From contig CAVPIB010000007.1 of NCBI GenBank assembly GCA_963704885.1, positions 32,001 to 96,000 on the forward strand: 64,000 nt of DNA. The letters run 5' to 3'. The notes beneath the pieces were generated by a model, which had not been told where the DNA came from, did no database searches, and saw nothing but the letters and a program-made list of their open reading frames with translations. This DNA comes from an uncultured Actinomycetes bacterium. GTDB lineage: Bacteria > Actinomycetota > UBA4738 > HRBIN12. Below are positions 39,487 through 50,716 of the stretch, piece by piece. A program made the position numbers and the translations under genes. Each line of letters opens with the position of its first letter. Within the stretch, counting starts at the first letter, position 1.

Positions 39487-41585
39487 CGCGCTGGAACCTC
39501 CGGCCGCTACTTGCGCCGCGCTCGATCGCGATCGTCGGCGCGTCGGAGGCCCAGGACAGCTGGGCGCCCGAGATCGAACGCTCGCTCCGCCACCTGGGGT
39601 TCGACGGAACGCTCTACCCGGTCAACCCGAAGTACGACGAGGTGTGGGGACGTCGTTGTCATGCGTCCGTGCGAGAGCTGCCGAGCGGGGTCGACCTCGC
39701 AGTCGTCGTGGTTCCGGCGCGCGTGGCGGTTCGCATGGTGGACGATTGCGGTCGCGCCGGGGTCCGGAGCGTCATGGTGGTCTCGTCCGGCTTCGCAGAG
39801 GCCGGCGACGAGGGGCGCGCTCTACAGGACGCGTTGCGGAAGAGCGCACTGCGGCACCGGCTGCCGGTGCTCGGGCCCAACGTCGAAGGGTTCGTGAACT
39901 ACGTGGATCACGTGGCGCCCTACGGCACCACCCCGCCTCCCGAGCCCGTGGCTGGGGCGATCAGCGTCATCTCGCAGTCGGGCACGGTCGCCTGGACCAT
40001 GAACCAGATGGCATCGGATCGCGGCGTGGGCTTGAGGATCATCCTGGGTGTGGGCAACGAGGCCGTGCTGGGGTTGGGCGATCTGTTCGGATGGGCGGCC
40101 AGCGATCCGCACACCAAGCTCGTTTGCACCTATGTCGAGACCATGCGCGACGTGGAGGGGATAGGCCGTGGTCTGGACGCGCTCCGCGCCGCCCGCAAAC
40201 CGATCCTGGTCTGCGCGCCCGAGGGACGGAGCGAGGCGGCGCGACGTTCGATCGTGGCTCACACGGGGGCGCTGGCCGGCAACACCGCGCTCCGCGACGC
40301 GTGGCTCCGAGGCCGCGGAGCGATCCTGGTCGATGACCCCGTCGCCATGTTCGAGGCCGCCGTGCTCTTGTCGTACGGCACCAAGCTCCGCGCTTCGGGG
40401 GTCGCGGCGGCTCTGCAATCGGGTGGGGCATGCACGCTCTTCGCCGAGGCCGCCGGCGCTCAAGGTCTGACGCTCCCCGAGTTCTCTCCCAGCACGAAGC
40501 GCGAACTGCGGAAGGCGCTGCCGCACTTCGCATCGCAGAACAACCCGCTAGACGTAACGGGGCAGGCGGCCGTGGAGACCGATATGTTCTGCGCTGCGCT
40601 CGAGGCACTGTCGCGTGATCCCGCGGTCGGGCTGATCGCGTTCGATGCGTTCCCGCCCCGGCTCGAAGGCGAGGAAACCTGGGCGGAGCCGGTCCTGCGG
40701 AAGGTACGGGCGCTTCGGAAAGACACGGGCGCCTCGTTCGCCTCGGTGGCCATGAGTCCGATGGCGTACACCCCGGTCGCTAAGGAGTTCGTGAGGCGTG
40801 CGCGTCTGCCGTTCCTGCAGGGACATCGCGCGGCCGCAGGTGCGTTCCGGGCGCTCACGGATCTGCAGACCGCGCGCTCGCGTTCGATCCCGGACATCCC
40901 CGCGCACCCGAACCGCGCCAGGGCGATGCGCCTGCTCCGAGGGCTGAGCGGCCCGCTCGACGAAGCACAGGGCGCGAAGCTGCTGGAGCTCTACGGCATC
41001 CGCCGGCCGGAGGAGCGCACGGTGAGGACACCCGCCGCGGCCGCGGAGGCGGCGAGGGCCATCGGGTTCCCCGTAGCGGTGAAGGCCCTCGCCCCCGAGC
41101 TGCCGCACAAGGCGAAGCTCGGCGGCGTTCGGTTGTCACTGGCGAACCCGACCGATGTGGAGGTCGCCGCGGCCGAGGTGCTGCGGGCGGCTCGGCGCGC
41201 CGGCGCCCCGTCCGCGCGCGTGCTCGTACAGCAGATGGTCTCGGGGTCGGAGGTGCTGGTGGGCGCGGTGATCGACGAGGCGTTCGGCGCCTGCGTGACC
41301 ATGCGGCCCGGAGGGATGATGGCGGAGGCGGGCGAGGCTCAGTTCGTGGCGGCCCCGCTCACCCGCGCTCAAGCGCTCGCATTCGTGCGGGAGCAGGCGT
41401 CTCGCTGCGGTCTGGCCGAGGCGAGTCACGACCTGCGAGCCGTGTCCCGAGCCGTCGAGGCTATCGCCCGAGCTGCGCACGACCTCCGCGGCCGTCTGAC
41501 GTCGCTTGAGGCGAACCCGTTGCTGGTCTCGGATCGAGGAGCCGTCGCGGTCGACGCGCTCGCCGAGGCCTGGCAGCCCGCGTGA
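39483..41585 (+). CDS. ADP-forming acyl-CoA synthetase (acetate--CoA ligase family)
   Basis: PRSIAIVGAS, YPVNP, GPN, ISQSG, phospho-His motif AHTGALAG, NPLDVT, C-terminal ATP-grasp (HK...GGV, EANPL). Confidence 0.88.
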   Translation: MTRWNLRPLLAPRSIAIVGASEAQDSWAPEIERSLRHLGFDGTLYPVNPKYDEVWGRRCHASVRELPSGVDLAVVVVPARVAVRMVDDCGRAGVRSVMVVSSGFAEAGDEGRALQDALRKSALRHRLPVLGPNVEGFVNYVDHVAPYGTTPPPEPVAGAISVISQSGTVAWTMNQMASDRGVGLRIILGVGNEAVLGLGDLFGWAASDPHTKLVCTYVETMRDVEGIGRGLDALRAARKPILVCAPEGRSEAARRSIVAHTGALAGNTALRDAWLRGRGAILVDDPVAMFEAAVLLSYGTKLRASGVAAALQSGGACTLFAEAAGAQGLTLPEFSPSTKRELRKALPHFASQNNPLDVTGQAAVETDMFCAALEALSRDPAVGLIAFDAFPPRLEGEETWAEPVLRKVRALRKDTGASFASVAMSPMAYTPVAKEFVRRARLPFLQGHRAAAGAFRALTDLQTARSRSIPDIPAHPNRARAMRLLRGLSGPLDEAQGAKLLELYGIRRPEERTVRTPAAAAEAARAIGFPVAVKALAPELPHKAKLGGVRLSLANPTDVEVAAAEVLRAARRAGAPSARVLVQQMVSGSEVLVGAVIDEAFGACVTMRPGGMMAEAGEAQFVAAPLTRAQALAFVREQASRCGLAEASHDLRAVSRAVEAIARAAHDLRGRLTSLEANPLLVSDRGAVAVDALAEAWQPA

Positions 41586-42430
41586 TCTTCGGTCTGGTAG
41601 CCGCGCTCGGATTCGGCTTCGCCGATTTCGGGGGGGCGCTGGCCGGCCGGCGGATCGGGAGCCTCTGGACGGTGATGGTCGGCCAGGCATTGTCGGCCGT
41701 CGTGGTGACCGGGATCCTCGTGTGGTCCGGGCGGTCCCTCGCCGTGCTCGTCCCGGTCGCGGGGCTGGTGGTGCTGAACGGCATCTGCGCCGCGGTCGCC
41801 TACCAGACGCACTACCACGCGCTCGAGCTCGGGCCCGTGGCGGTCGTCTCACCCATCGGCGCCGCGTACGCGGTCGTCGGTGTGACGCTCGCGATCGTCT
41901 TCCTGGGCGAGCGACCGGGCCCCGTGGCGATCGGCGGCATGCTCGTGACCGTGGTCGGCGTGATGCTGGTATCGACCGATCTGCGCAAGTTCCGGGATGG
42001 TCTGCACGGCGTGGGACCGGGCGTGCCGTGGGCGGTTGCCTCCGCGTTCGCCTTCGGAGTGGCGGGCTTCCTGCTCGGCTATCTATCGCAACGTGGCGGG
42101 TGGATCGTGGGGCTTTGGGCCTCGCGCGTGGCGCAGGTCGCGTTCTACGTGCCGCTCGCCTTCTTGGCTCGTTCGCAGCTGTCACGGCTCCGTGACCGAC
42201 GCGGGCTGAGGATCGCGATCGCCGCGGGCCTGGCCGACATCGTGGGGGTGATCGGGCTCGCCGTGGGAGCCGATCGCGGGTACGTCTCGGTGACGCTCGC
42301 GGCCAGCGCCATCTTCCCGCTCGTGGCCGTGGTGCTGTCCATCGTGATCCTGCGGGAGCGGTTGGTCCTCAACCAGCAGGCCGGGATCGCGCTCGTGGTC
42401 GCCGGCCTCCTGATGCTCGGCCTCGGCTAG
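41582..42430 (+). CDS. EamA/DMT family transporter
   Basis: Ten hydrophobic segments in two repeats, ADFGG, GPVAVVSP, LGER. Confidence 0.88.
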   Translation: MIFGLVAALGFGFADFGGALAGRRIGSLWTVMVGQALSAVVVTGILVWSGRSLAVLVPVAGLVVLNGICAAVAYQTHYHALELGPVAVVSPIGAAYAVVGVTLAIVFLGERPGPVAIGGMLVTVVGVMLVSTDLRKFRDGLHGVGPGVPWAVASAFAFGVAGFLLGYLSQRGGWIVGLWASRVAQVAFYVPLAFLARSQLSRLRDRRGLRIAIAAGLADIVGVIGLAVGADRGYVSVTLAASAIFPLVAVVLSIVILRERLVLNQQAGIALVVAGLLMLGLG

Positions 42431-42481
42431 TCGCGCCCCCATGCCGTTACTAGTCTGGCTCAGACTAGTAGGAGTGCCGCA

Positions 42482-44138
42482 CTACGCTCGGTGGCGGTAG
42501 AACTCGACCGGCTCCGGATCGAGCGGGGTGTTGCCCAAGATCAGGTCGGCGGCCTTCTCCGCAACCATCATCACAGGCGCGTAGATGTTCCCGTTGGTCA
42601 CGTACGGCATCACCGACGCGTCCACCACGCGCAACCCCTCCAGTCCGTGAACCCCCATGGTGAGCGGATCCACCACGGACATGTCGTCGGTTCCCATGCG
42701 GCAGGTGCACGAAGGATGGAGTGCTGTCTCGCCGTCCTTGGCCACCCAGGCCAGGATCTCCTCGTCGGTCGCCACGCCGGGTCCGGGCGACATCTCGCCG
42801 CCGTTGAACGGCGCGAACGCTCGCTGGTTGAGGATGTCTCGGGCCACATGGATCGCCTCGACCCATTCGCGCCGATCCTGATCCGTCGACAGGTAGTTGA
42901 AGCGGAGCGCCGGGTGCACGCGAGGGTCTGTGGTCGTGATCTTGACCGAGCCGCGCGCGTCCGAGTACATGGGGCCGATGTGGACCTGGTAACCGTGGTC
43001 GCCCGCCGGGGCGGAACCGTCGTAGCGGATCGCGATCGGCAAGAAGTGGAACATGAGGTTCGGGTAGTTCACGTCGTCGTTGCTGCGAACGAACCCACCG
43101 GCTTCGAAGTGGTTGGTGGCGCCCAGGCCTGAGCGCAAGGAAGAGCCACTGTGCGCCGATGAAGGGCCGCCGCCACATCTTCATCCCGGGGGCGACCGAC
43201 ACCGGGAGCTTGCACGCGTACTGGATGTAGACCTCCAGGTGATCCTGGAGGTGTTCACCGACGCCGGGGAGATCGTGCACCACATCGATGCCGAGCGGCG
43301 TCAGCTCGTCGGCGTTGCCCACCCCCGACAGCTGCAGGAGTTGCGGTGAGTTGATGGCCCCTCCGCACAGGACGACCTCGCCCGCGCGAACCTGCTGCGC
43401 CGAACCTCTCCCGTGCGTGAACTCCACGCCGACCGCGCGTGTCCCCTCGAACAGGATCCGCGTCACGAACGCCCGGGTCTTCACGTCCAGGTTGGGACGG
43501 CTCATCACGGGGTGGAGGTAGGCGCGGGCGGCGCTCAGCCGTCGGCCATGGCGGATGTTGCGGTCGAACGGAGCGAATCCCTCCTGGCGGAACCCGTTCA
43601 CGTCGTCGGTGAGCGGGTAGCCGGCCTGCTGCACGGCCTCGAAGAACGCGCCGAACAACGGGCTGGTGGCCGGGCCGCGTTCCAGGACCAGCGGCCCCGC
43701 GCGACCTCGGAAGGCGTCTTCGCGATCCGCAGCCATGCAGCTCTCCATGCGTTTGAAATAGGGGAGGCAGTGCGCGTGGTCCCACGTCTGCATGCCGGGG
43801 TCGGCGCCCCACCGTTCGTAGTCGAGGGGGTTCCCGCGCTGGAAGATCATGCCGTTGATGCTGCTCGAGCCTCCCAGCACCTTGCCTCGCGCGTGGTACA
43901 CGCGCCGCCCGTTCATGTGGGGCTCGGGCTCGGACTCGTACTTCCAGTCGTAGAAGCGGCTACCGATCGGGAACGCGAGCGCCGCCGGCATGTGGATGAA
44001 GACGTCCCAGATGTAGTCCGGTCGGCCGGCTTCCAGGACGAGCACACGGTTGGTCGGGTCGGCGGACAGGCGGTTGCCGAGGGCGCTGCCCGCCGAGCCG
44101 CCTCCCACGATCACGAAGTCGTAGAGCGCGCTGGCCAT
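42482..44138 (-). CDS. betA: Choline dehydrogenase; split by an apparent 1-bp insertion near 43138
   Basis: [33 protein letters not shown]; the second frame continues [10 protein letters not shown]...HPSCTCRMG...GLRVVDAS...NGNIYAP. Confidence 0.9.
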
Positions 44139-44181
44139 CTCGGGCGATTCTGACCCACCGGGAGGCCTCCCTGCACGCGCC

Positions 44182-44237
44182 CGGTTGCTCATATCGCAAC
44201 CGCTACCTTGCGCGCGCGACACCGTTCACCCCAATAT
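44182..44237 (+). promoter_or_regulatory. Operator/promoter between divergent betA and the betaine ABC operon
   Basis: CGGTTGC-N7-GCAACCG, then TTGCGC (-35-like, 44208), GCGACA and CAATAT (-10-like); same spacing as the site at 49296. Confidence 0.6.
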
Positions 44238-44265
44238 GGCCGTCTGAACACCCGAGGGGGAGCCG

Positions 44266-45288
44266 GTGGCTGACGCAACCGTTTCGTGTCGCAGCGTCTG
44301 GAAGGTGTATGGGCCGAAGGCTGATCGCATCGTCGGTTCACCGGATGCCGGGCTGTCCCGCCAGGAGCTCTTGGAGAAGACCGGGTGCGTGGCCGCGGTT
44401 CGGGACATCTCCTTCGACGTCGAGCGCGGTGAAGTCTTCGTGGTCATGGGGCTCTCGGGCTCGGGCAAGTCGACTCTGGTCCGGATGATCAACCGGATCC
44501 ACGAGCCCACCGCCGGCCAGGTCCTGATCGACGGCGAGGACGTGATGAAGGCGAGCGACGATCGCCTGCGTGAGCTCCGCCGGGAGAAGATCAGCATGGT
44601 CTTCCAGCATTTCGGTCTCCTGCCGCACCGCCGGATCGTCGACAACGTCGCGTTTGGCCTGGAGATCCAAGGCAAAGAGAAGGCCGAGCGAACGGCCGCT
44701 GCCGACGCTGTCATCGAGAAGGTCGGCCTGGGCGGATGGGGGCAGGCGTTCCCGGAAGAGCTCTCCGGCGGCATGCAGCAGCGTGTGGGGTTGGCGCGGG
44801 CTCTGGCGAACGACCCGGAGATCCTGCTCTTCGACGAGCCGTTCAGCGCGCTCGACCCGTTGATCCGCCGCGACATGCAGGACGAGGTGATCAAGCTCCA
44901 GCGCGATCTGAAGAAGACGATGATCTTCATCACCCACGACCTGGCCGAGGCGCTGAAGCTGGGCGACCGGATCGCGATCATGAAGGACGGACACTTCGTC
45001 CAGGTGGGCACGCCCGAAGAGGTCGTGGCGCATCCGGCCGACGACTACGTGGCTGATTTCACGAAGGACGTCCCGAGGACGCACGTGCTGACGGCTCGTG
45101 CGATCATGCGCCCGGCCAACGGCCACCCCCCGACCGACGGGCCGACGGTCGCGCCGGCCACGATCGTGCAAGACCTGATCCAGATGGTGGCCGACGCCGA
45201 CCGCACGATCTGGGTCGTCGACGGCGATGACGTCGTCGGGATGATCGATCGTGGATCGGTCATGGCCGCGCTCGTCGAGGAGCGGTAG
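44266..45288 (+). CDS. Glycine betaine/choline ABC transporter ATP-binding subunit (ProV/OpuAA-like)
   Basis: [45 protein letters not shown]. Confidence 0.93.
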   Translation: MADATVSCRSVWKVYGPKADRIVGSPDAGLSRQELLEKTGCVAAVRDISFDVERGEVFVVMGLSGSGKSTLVRMINRIHEPTAGQVLIDGEDVMKASDDRLRELRREKISMVFQHFGLLPHRRIVDNVAFGLEIQGKEKAERTAAADAVIEKVGLGGWGQAFPEELSGGMQQRVGLARALANDPEILLFDEPFSALDPLIRRDMQDEVIKLQRDLKKTMIFITHDLAEALKLGDRIAIMKDGHFVQVGTPEEVVAHPADDYVADFTKDVPRTHVLTARAIMRPANGHPPTDGPTVAPATIVQDLIQMVADADRTIWVVDGDDVVGMIDRGSVMAALVEER

Positions 45289-45291
45289 CTC

Positions 45292-47356
45292 GTGGCGGTC
45301 GCGCCACCCCGCCGCGTTCGCCCACGCTCGGCGACGCTTCCGCGCCTGGGTCGGCTCTCCAGCCCCCCAATCCGTGGCCGAGGCGCATCGCGTGGGCCGT
45401 GGCGGCGATCGCCGTCGTTTGGATCGGGCTGACGTGGCTGAATCCAGGCTTCTCGGAGCGGTTGGTTGTCGATGTCACCGGCTGGTTCGATGCGTTCCGG
45501 GACTGGGCCATCCAGAACCGCACGACGAGCTGGCTGTTCGTCTACCTGATCACGCCGATCGAGAAGACGATCACGGTTGTCTACGACCAGGTGCTCACGA
45601 TCCTCGAACGCATGACGTGGCTTGGCCTCCTCGTCGGCGCCGCATCGCTTGCTGGCCTCGTCGCAGGTTGGCGCATGGCCCTGCTCACGGCGGCCGGCGT
45701 CTTCACCTTCGGCCTCCTGGGCGTGTGGGAGGAGAGCCTCGAGACGCTCGCGCTTGATGCTGATCTCGGTGGTCACGGCGCTCGCGATCGGGATCCCGAT
45801 CGGGATCTGGGCGGGCCGCCGCCCCAACGTCGAACGCGTGCTCCGACCCATCCTCGATGCGATGCAGACGATCCCCGCTTATGCCTATCTGCTTCCGTTC
45901 GTGTTGCTCTTCGGGATCGGTGAGCCCCCGGCCTTGTTCGCAACCCTGGCGTTCGCGTTGCCACCGGCGATCCGGTTGACAGCCCTCGGGATCCGGACGG
46001 TGCCCGAGACCTCGCTCGAGGTCGCCGACTCGTTCGGTTCCACTATCCGCCAGAAGCTGCGACTGGTGCAGGTGCCCCTCGCGAAGCCGTCGATCATGCT
46101 CGGGGTGAACCAGACGATCATGATGGCGCTCGGCATCGTCGTGATCGCCGCGTTCGTCGGTGCGGGTGGATTGGGACAGAAGGTCCTGGATGGCCTGCAA
46201 CGGCTTAACGTCGGCGAGGCGCTGAACGGTGGGATCGCGATCGTGGTGATGGCGATCGTGCTGGATCGTGTCACGACGGCGTGGAGCCAGCGGGAGCGCC
46301 GGAAGACGAAGCCGCTCAGGGTGTTCGGTCGGGTCATCTCCCGCCGGATGGTGATCACCGCGGCGATCCTGGCGACGATCGCCGCGGTGCTGATCGGCCG
46401 CGAGGTCTTACGCCAGCAGGAGTTCCCGCCCGCCTGGGAGACGTCGGTCGGGGCGCCCGCGAACGCGGTCGTCGATTGGTCGCAGGAGAACCTGGGCGAC
46501 GCCACGAGCGCGATCAGCGACTTCGTTCTGATCAACCTGCTGGACCCGATCCAGGATCTCTTCACAGGCGTCCCCTGGTGGATGATCGCGGGCGCCTTCG
46601 CCTTGATCGCCTGGCGGGTTTCGGGGCTGCGTCTGGGGATCGGTCTGTTCTTGAGCGTGGCGGCGATCGGCATGCTGGGCATGTGGGACTTCGCGATGGG
46701 GACACTCAGCTCGGTCCTGGTCGCGGTGGCGATCACCGTCTCCGTCGCGATCCCGTTGGGGATCCTGGCGGCGCGGAGCGATCGGTTCGAGAAGATCTCG
46801 AAGCCGATCCTTGATGCCATGCAGACGATGCCGGCGTTCGTCTACCTGGTGCCGGTGTTGTTCCTGATGGAGCCGGGTCGCGTGCCGGGGATCATCGCCT
46901 CGTTCATCTACGCCTTGCCGGTCGGTATCCGTCTGACGAACCTGGGGATCCGCGAGGTGCCCAAGGAGATCGTCGAGGCGGGCCGGGCGTTCGGTGCGAC
47001 GTCTTGGCAGCTGCTTCGGAAGGTGCAGCTTCCCCTCGCCCGCCCGTCCATCCTGTTGGGCGTGAACCAGACGATCATGATGGTGCTCTCCGTCGTGATC
47101 ATCGCGGGGTTGATCGGTGCGGCCGGCCTGGGGCAGGAGGTCGTGTTCGCGCTGGGGAAGCAGCAGATCGGACGGGGGGTCGTGGCCGGTGTCAGCATCT
47201 TGCTCCTGGCCGTGGTCCTCGACCGTATAACTCAAGCGATGGGGTCGGCGCCGCGGACGATGCGTGGGCCGGTCGGGAATCGGCCTCGGGTGGTGGACTC
47301 GTGTCCGTGCGCTCGTGGAACCGGACGAGATGGTGGAGGGGGAGGAGGACTCATGA
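45292..47356 (+). CDS. Glycine betaine ABC permease with duplicated ProW domain; apparent 1-bp indels near 45308 (uncertain), 45754 and 47278
   Basis: Two copies of [12 protein letters not shown] / [12 protein letters not shown]. After correction it ends ...EEDS* with TGA overlapping the next ATG. Confidence 0.8.
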
Positions 47357-48381
47357 GGAAGCGGTCGTGGAGGTTGACGGTGGCCGTGATCGCGGTCTTC
47401 GCGCTGGGCTTGGCAGCCTGCAGCGATGTGAGCGAGGAGCCCGCAGACGGTAGTGAGACGGGTGGTACGGCGACCGATGGCACCGAGCCGGCCGTCGCCC
47501 AGTGCGGTAGCGAGACGATCGTCATCGCTGTCAACCCGTGGGTGGGCGCGGCGGCGAACGCGAACGTGGCCAAGGGCATCATGGAGAACGAGATGGGCTG
47601 CACCGTCGAGCTCCAGGAGGTAAACGAGTCGGCGCAGTTCCCGGCGATGGCCGACGGCGATGTCGACGCCACTCTCGAGGTGTGGCCGTCTGGCCACGCG
47701 AAGGACCGCAAGGACTACATCGACAAGGCCGGAACGGTCGTCGATGCCGGCCTGCTCGGCATCATCGGCAACATCGGATGGTTCACCCCGTCCTACGTGG
47801 TGGAGAACAACCCCGATTACGCCACGTGGGAGGGCTTCAAGGACAACGCGGACGAGTTCGCGACGGCCGAGACCGGCGACAAGGGCCGGTTCTTGGGCGC
47901 CGACACGACGTACTCGATCTTCGACGAGGCGATCATCGCGAGCCTGGGGCTGGACCTGGAGGTCGTCTACAGCGGTTCCGAGGCGGCGTCGTTAGCGGCG
48001 CTCGACAAGGCCTACTCGAACCAGGACTCGATCCTCATGTACTGGTGGACCCCCCAGTGGGCCAACGCCAAGTACGACCTGGTCGAGGTCGAGCTCCCTG
48101 CGTACACCGACGAGTGCGGCCAGATCGCTGCCGAGGACCCCGACGCGGCGGTGGGCTACGACTGTGACTATGCGGAGGACGTGCTCTACAAGGCGTTCAG
48201 CGCCGAGCTCGAGACGAAGGACCCGGCGGCGTTCGCGTTCCTGTCGAGCTTCAACTGGACCGATGTCGACCAGAACGAGGTCGCGCTGCAGATCCAGGAA
48301 GGCACCGACCCGGGCGAGGCGGCGCAGACGTGGATCGACGCCAACCCCGACGTTTGGCAGGCGTGGCTGCCGACCGCTTGA
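47353..48381 (+). CDS. Glycine betaine ABC substrate-binding lipoprotein (ProX-like)
   Basis: GGAGG RBS, MRKR...LAAC lipobox, NPW, LEVW, YWWTP aromatic-box motifs. Confidence 0.88.
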   Translation: MRKRSWRLTVAVIAVFALGLAACSDVSEEPADGSETGGTATDGTEPAVAQCGSETIVIAVNPWVGAAANANVAKGIMENEMGCTVELQEVNESAQFPAMADGDVDATLEVWPSGHAKDRKDYIDKAGTVVDAGLLGIIGNIGWFTPSYVVENNPDYATWEGFKDNADEFATAETGDKGRFLGADTTYSIFDEAIIASLGLDLEVVYSGSEAASLAALDKAYSNQDSILMYWWTPQWANAKYDLVEVELPAYTDECGQIAAEDPDAAVGYDCDYAEDVLYKAFSAELETKDPAAFAFLSSFNWTDVDQNEVALQIQEGTDPGEAAQTWIDANPDVWQAWLPTA

Positions 48382-48403
48382 TGGATCGATAGGAGCATGG
48401 GAT

Positions 48404-48430
48404 GCGGAGCGGCGCTTAGCGCCGCTCCGC
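48404..48430. terminator. Perfect 12-bp hairpin after the betaine SBP gene
   Basis: GCGGAGCGGCGC-TTA-GCGCCGCTCCGC; no U-tract. Confidence 0.55.
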
Positions 48431-48515
48431 TCCGTGTGAGAGGGGTCCCATGAGCAAGCACGCCCGGCTATCTGTCGGCGGCGACCGAAAGGTGGCTGAG
48501 GCGGGTGGCAATCCG

Positions 48516-49287
48516 GTGACGGACGGGTTGCGTGCTCGATTCGCGACTGGCGGAACGGCCCTCGGCACCATGGTGTTCGAGTTCAATACGCTGGGGATGC
48601 CGCGGATCCTGTCATCGGCCGGCGCGGACTTCGTGCTGATCGATCTGGAGCACACCGGCTGGGGGATCGATGGCGTTCGTCCGCTGCTCGCGGCCGCGCG
48701 ACGCGGAGGCCGTCGTGCCGATCGCCCGCGTCCAGGGCTCGGCCCGCCACCTGATCTCTCCGGCGCTCGACGCCGGGGCCGCCGGCGTGATGGTGCCGAT
48801 GATCGGCGACGCGATCGAGGCGGAGCGCGTGGTCCACGCGGCGAGATTCGCCCCCAACGGCGGCCGGGGGTTCGGGCTCCTCTATCCGGACCAGCTCGCG
48901 CACGGTGTGGGGGCAGCGATCGAGCGCGCCGAGGCCGAGACGCTGGTGATACTGCAGATCGAGACGACATCCGGCGTGGCCCATGTCGAGGAGATCGCGG
49001 TCACGCCCGGAGTGGACGTGCTTTGGGTCGGAGAGTTCGACCTGAGTGTGTCGATGGGGATCCCGGGGGGATTCGACGACCCGCGCCTGCGCGAGGCCGA
49101 GGATCGCGTGGTAGCGGCGTGCTCGGACGCGGGGATCGCGGCGGGCATGCTGGTCGCGGATGTCGATGCAGCCCGCTCGATGCTGGAACGCGGCTTCCGG
49201 ATGATCGCGCTGGGTTCGGACATCGACCTCTACGGTCGCGCCCTGCGGAGCGGACTAGAAGAGCTCAGGAGCGAGCGGCTCCAGTGA
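48516..49287 (+). CDS. HpcH/HpaI aldolase family protein; apparent 1-bp deletion near 48698
   Basis: GADFVLIDLEHT in the first frame; PIARV...LDAGAAGVMVP, QIET, VGEFDLS, GSD in the next frame. Confidence 0.8.
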
Positions 49288-49295
49288 GGCGACCG

Positions 49296-49353
49296 GTGGT
49301 GTTGCTGGGTCCGCAACACCACACTTGCCACCGCAACAGCTGAGTCCCACCAT
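49296..49353 (+). promoter_or_regulatory. Operator/promoter of the corrinoid methyltransferase operon
   Basis: GTGGTGTTGC-N7-GCAACACCAC, then TTGCCA (-35, 49325)-N17-CACCAT with GCAACA in the spacer. Confidence 0.62.
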
Positions 49354-49383
49354 CATGGGTGTGGAGGAACCGCTGAGGAGACC

Positions 49384-50079
49384 ATGAGCGACGACGAGCT
49401 GGATCTCTCAGCACTGCCCGACGACGAGCTGACGAAGCAGATGCACGACGACCTCTACGACGGGTTGGCCCCCGAGATCGTGGAGGGCACGAACATCCTG
49501 CTGGGTCGAGGGTGGCCCGCCGACCGCGTGCTGAACGAGGCGCTCGTTGAGGGCATGCGCATAGTCGGGATCGACTTCCGAGACGGCATCCTGTTCGTGC
49601 CGGAGGTCCTTCTGGCCGCGAACGCCATGAAGGCCGGGATGGAGATCCTGCGACCGCTCCTGGCCGAGACGGGGGCCGCCCGGACCGGCAAGGTGGTGAT
49701 CGGCACCGTGAAAGGCGATATCCATGACATCGGGAAGAACCTGGTGGCCATGATGCTCGAGGGCGCCGGCTTCGAGGTTGTCGATCTGGGCATCAACAAC
49801 CCGGTCGAGAGCTACCTGGCTGCGCTCGAGGAGCACGAGCCCGACATCCTGGGGATGTCCGCGCTGCTGACCACGACCATGCCCTACATGAAGGTCGTTA
49901 TCGACGAGCTGGTGGCCAAGGGTCTGCGCGAGAGGTACATCGTCATGGTGGGGGGCGCACCGCTGAACGAGGAGTTCGGCAGGGCCGTGGGCGCGGACGC
50001 GTACTGCCGCGACGCGGCCGTGGCCGCCGAGACCGCTCAGGCGTTGGTGATGGCTCGCCGTGCAGCCGCGACTGCTTGA
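49384..50079 (+). CDS. Corrinoid (B12-binding) protein, MtgC/MttC-like
   Basis: Cap domain FVPEVL, GDIHDIGKNLV (DxHxxG), SALLTTT, VGGAP. Confidence 0.95.
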   Translation: MSDDELDLSALPDDELTKQMHDDLYDGLAPEIVEGTNILLGRGWPADRVLNEALVEGMRIVGIDFRDGILFVPEVLLAANAMKAGMEILRPLLAETGAARTGKVVIGTVKGDIHDIGKNLVAMMLEGAGFEVVDLGINNPVESYLAALEEHEPDILGMSALLTTTMPYMKVVIDELVAKGLRERYIVMVGGAPLNEEFGRAVGADAYCRDAAVAAETAQALVMARRAAATA

Positions 50080-50716
50080 CGACGAGGTCACGTTCGAGGC
50101 CGCGGGCGCCTCGGGCGGGTTGCTCGTCATCGCCTGCGGCGCGATCGCGCGCGAGGTCCTGGCGGTGATCCGGTTGAACGGATGGACCCACGTCACGCTG
50201 CGGTGCCTTCCGGCCAAACTGCACAACACGCCGTCGCGGATCGCGGAGGCGGTGGACGCGAAGCTGGCGGAGTCCGCCGGGCGCTACGACGACGTGTTCG
50301 TCGCCTATGGTGACTGCGGGACGGCCGGCGCGCTCGACCGCGTGCTCGACGAGCGAGGCGTGGAGCGGTTGCCCGGCGATCATTGTTACGGCTTCTTCGC
50401 GGGCGTCGAGGCATTCGCCGCCATGCACGAGGCGAACCCGTACACGTTCTACCTGACCGACTTCCTCTGTCGACACTTCGACCGACTGGTCGTGCAGGGT
50501 CTGAAGCTCGACACGCAACCTGAGCTCTTGCCCACGATCTTCGGGAACTACCGGCGCCTGGTGTACCTCTCGCAGACCGACGACCCATCGCTGGTCGCGC
50601 AGGCGCGCGCCGCCGCCGACTTCCTGGGGCTCGCGTTCGAGCATCGCCGGAGCGCGTACGGCGATCTCCAGCCCTCGCTGGAGGCGTTCGTGGGAGGAGC
50701 GGCCGATGGCCGCTGA
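50060..50716 (+). CDS. DUF1638 domain protein
   Basis: IACGA, CLPAKLHN.P, YGDCGT, HCY, FYLTDFL, NYRRLVYL; exact start uncertain. Confidence 0.82.
   Translation: MQPRLLDDEVTFEAAGASGGLLVIACGAIAREVLAVIRLNGWTHVTLRCLPAKLHNTPSRIAEAVDAKLAESAGRYDDVFVAYGDCGTAGALDRVLDERGVERLPGDHCYGFFAGVEAFAAMHEANPYTFYLTDFLCRHFDRLVVQGLKLDTQPELLPTIFGNYRRLVYLSQTDDPSLVAQARAAADFLGLAFEHRRSAYGDLQPSLEAFVGGAADGR

Noticed and set aside
45622-48381. 919-aa permease-SBP fusion in the ORF track
   Set aside because: It is created by a 1-bp insertion near 47278. The SBP has its own RBS, ATG (47353) and lipoprotein signal, and the corrected permease stops at 47356.
49288-49383. Cobalamin riboswitch upstream of the corrinoid gene
   Set aside because: The region is only about 95 nt, shows no B12-box core, and is explained by the operator/promoter motif.
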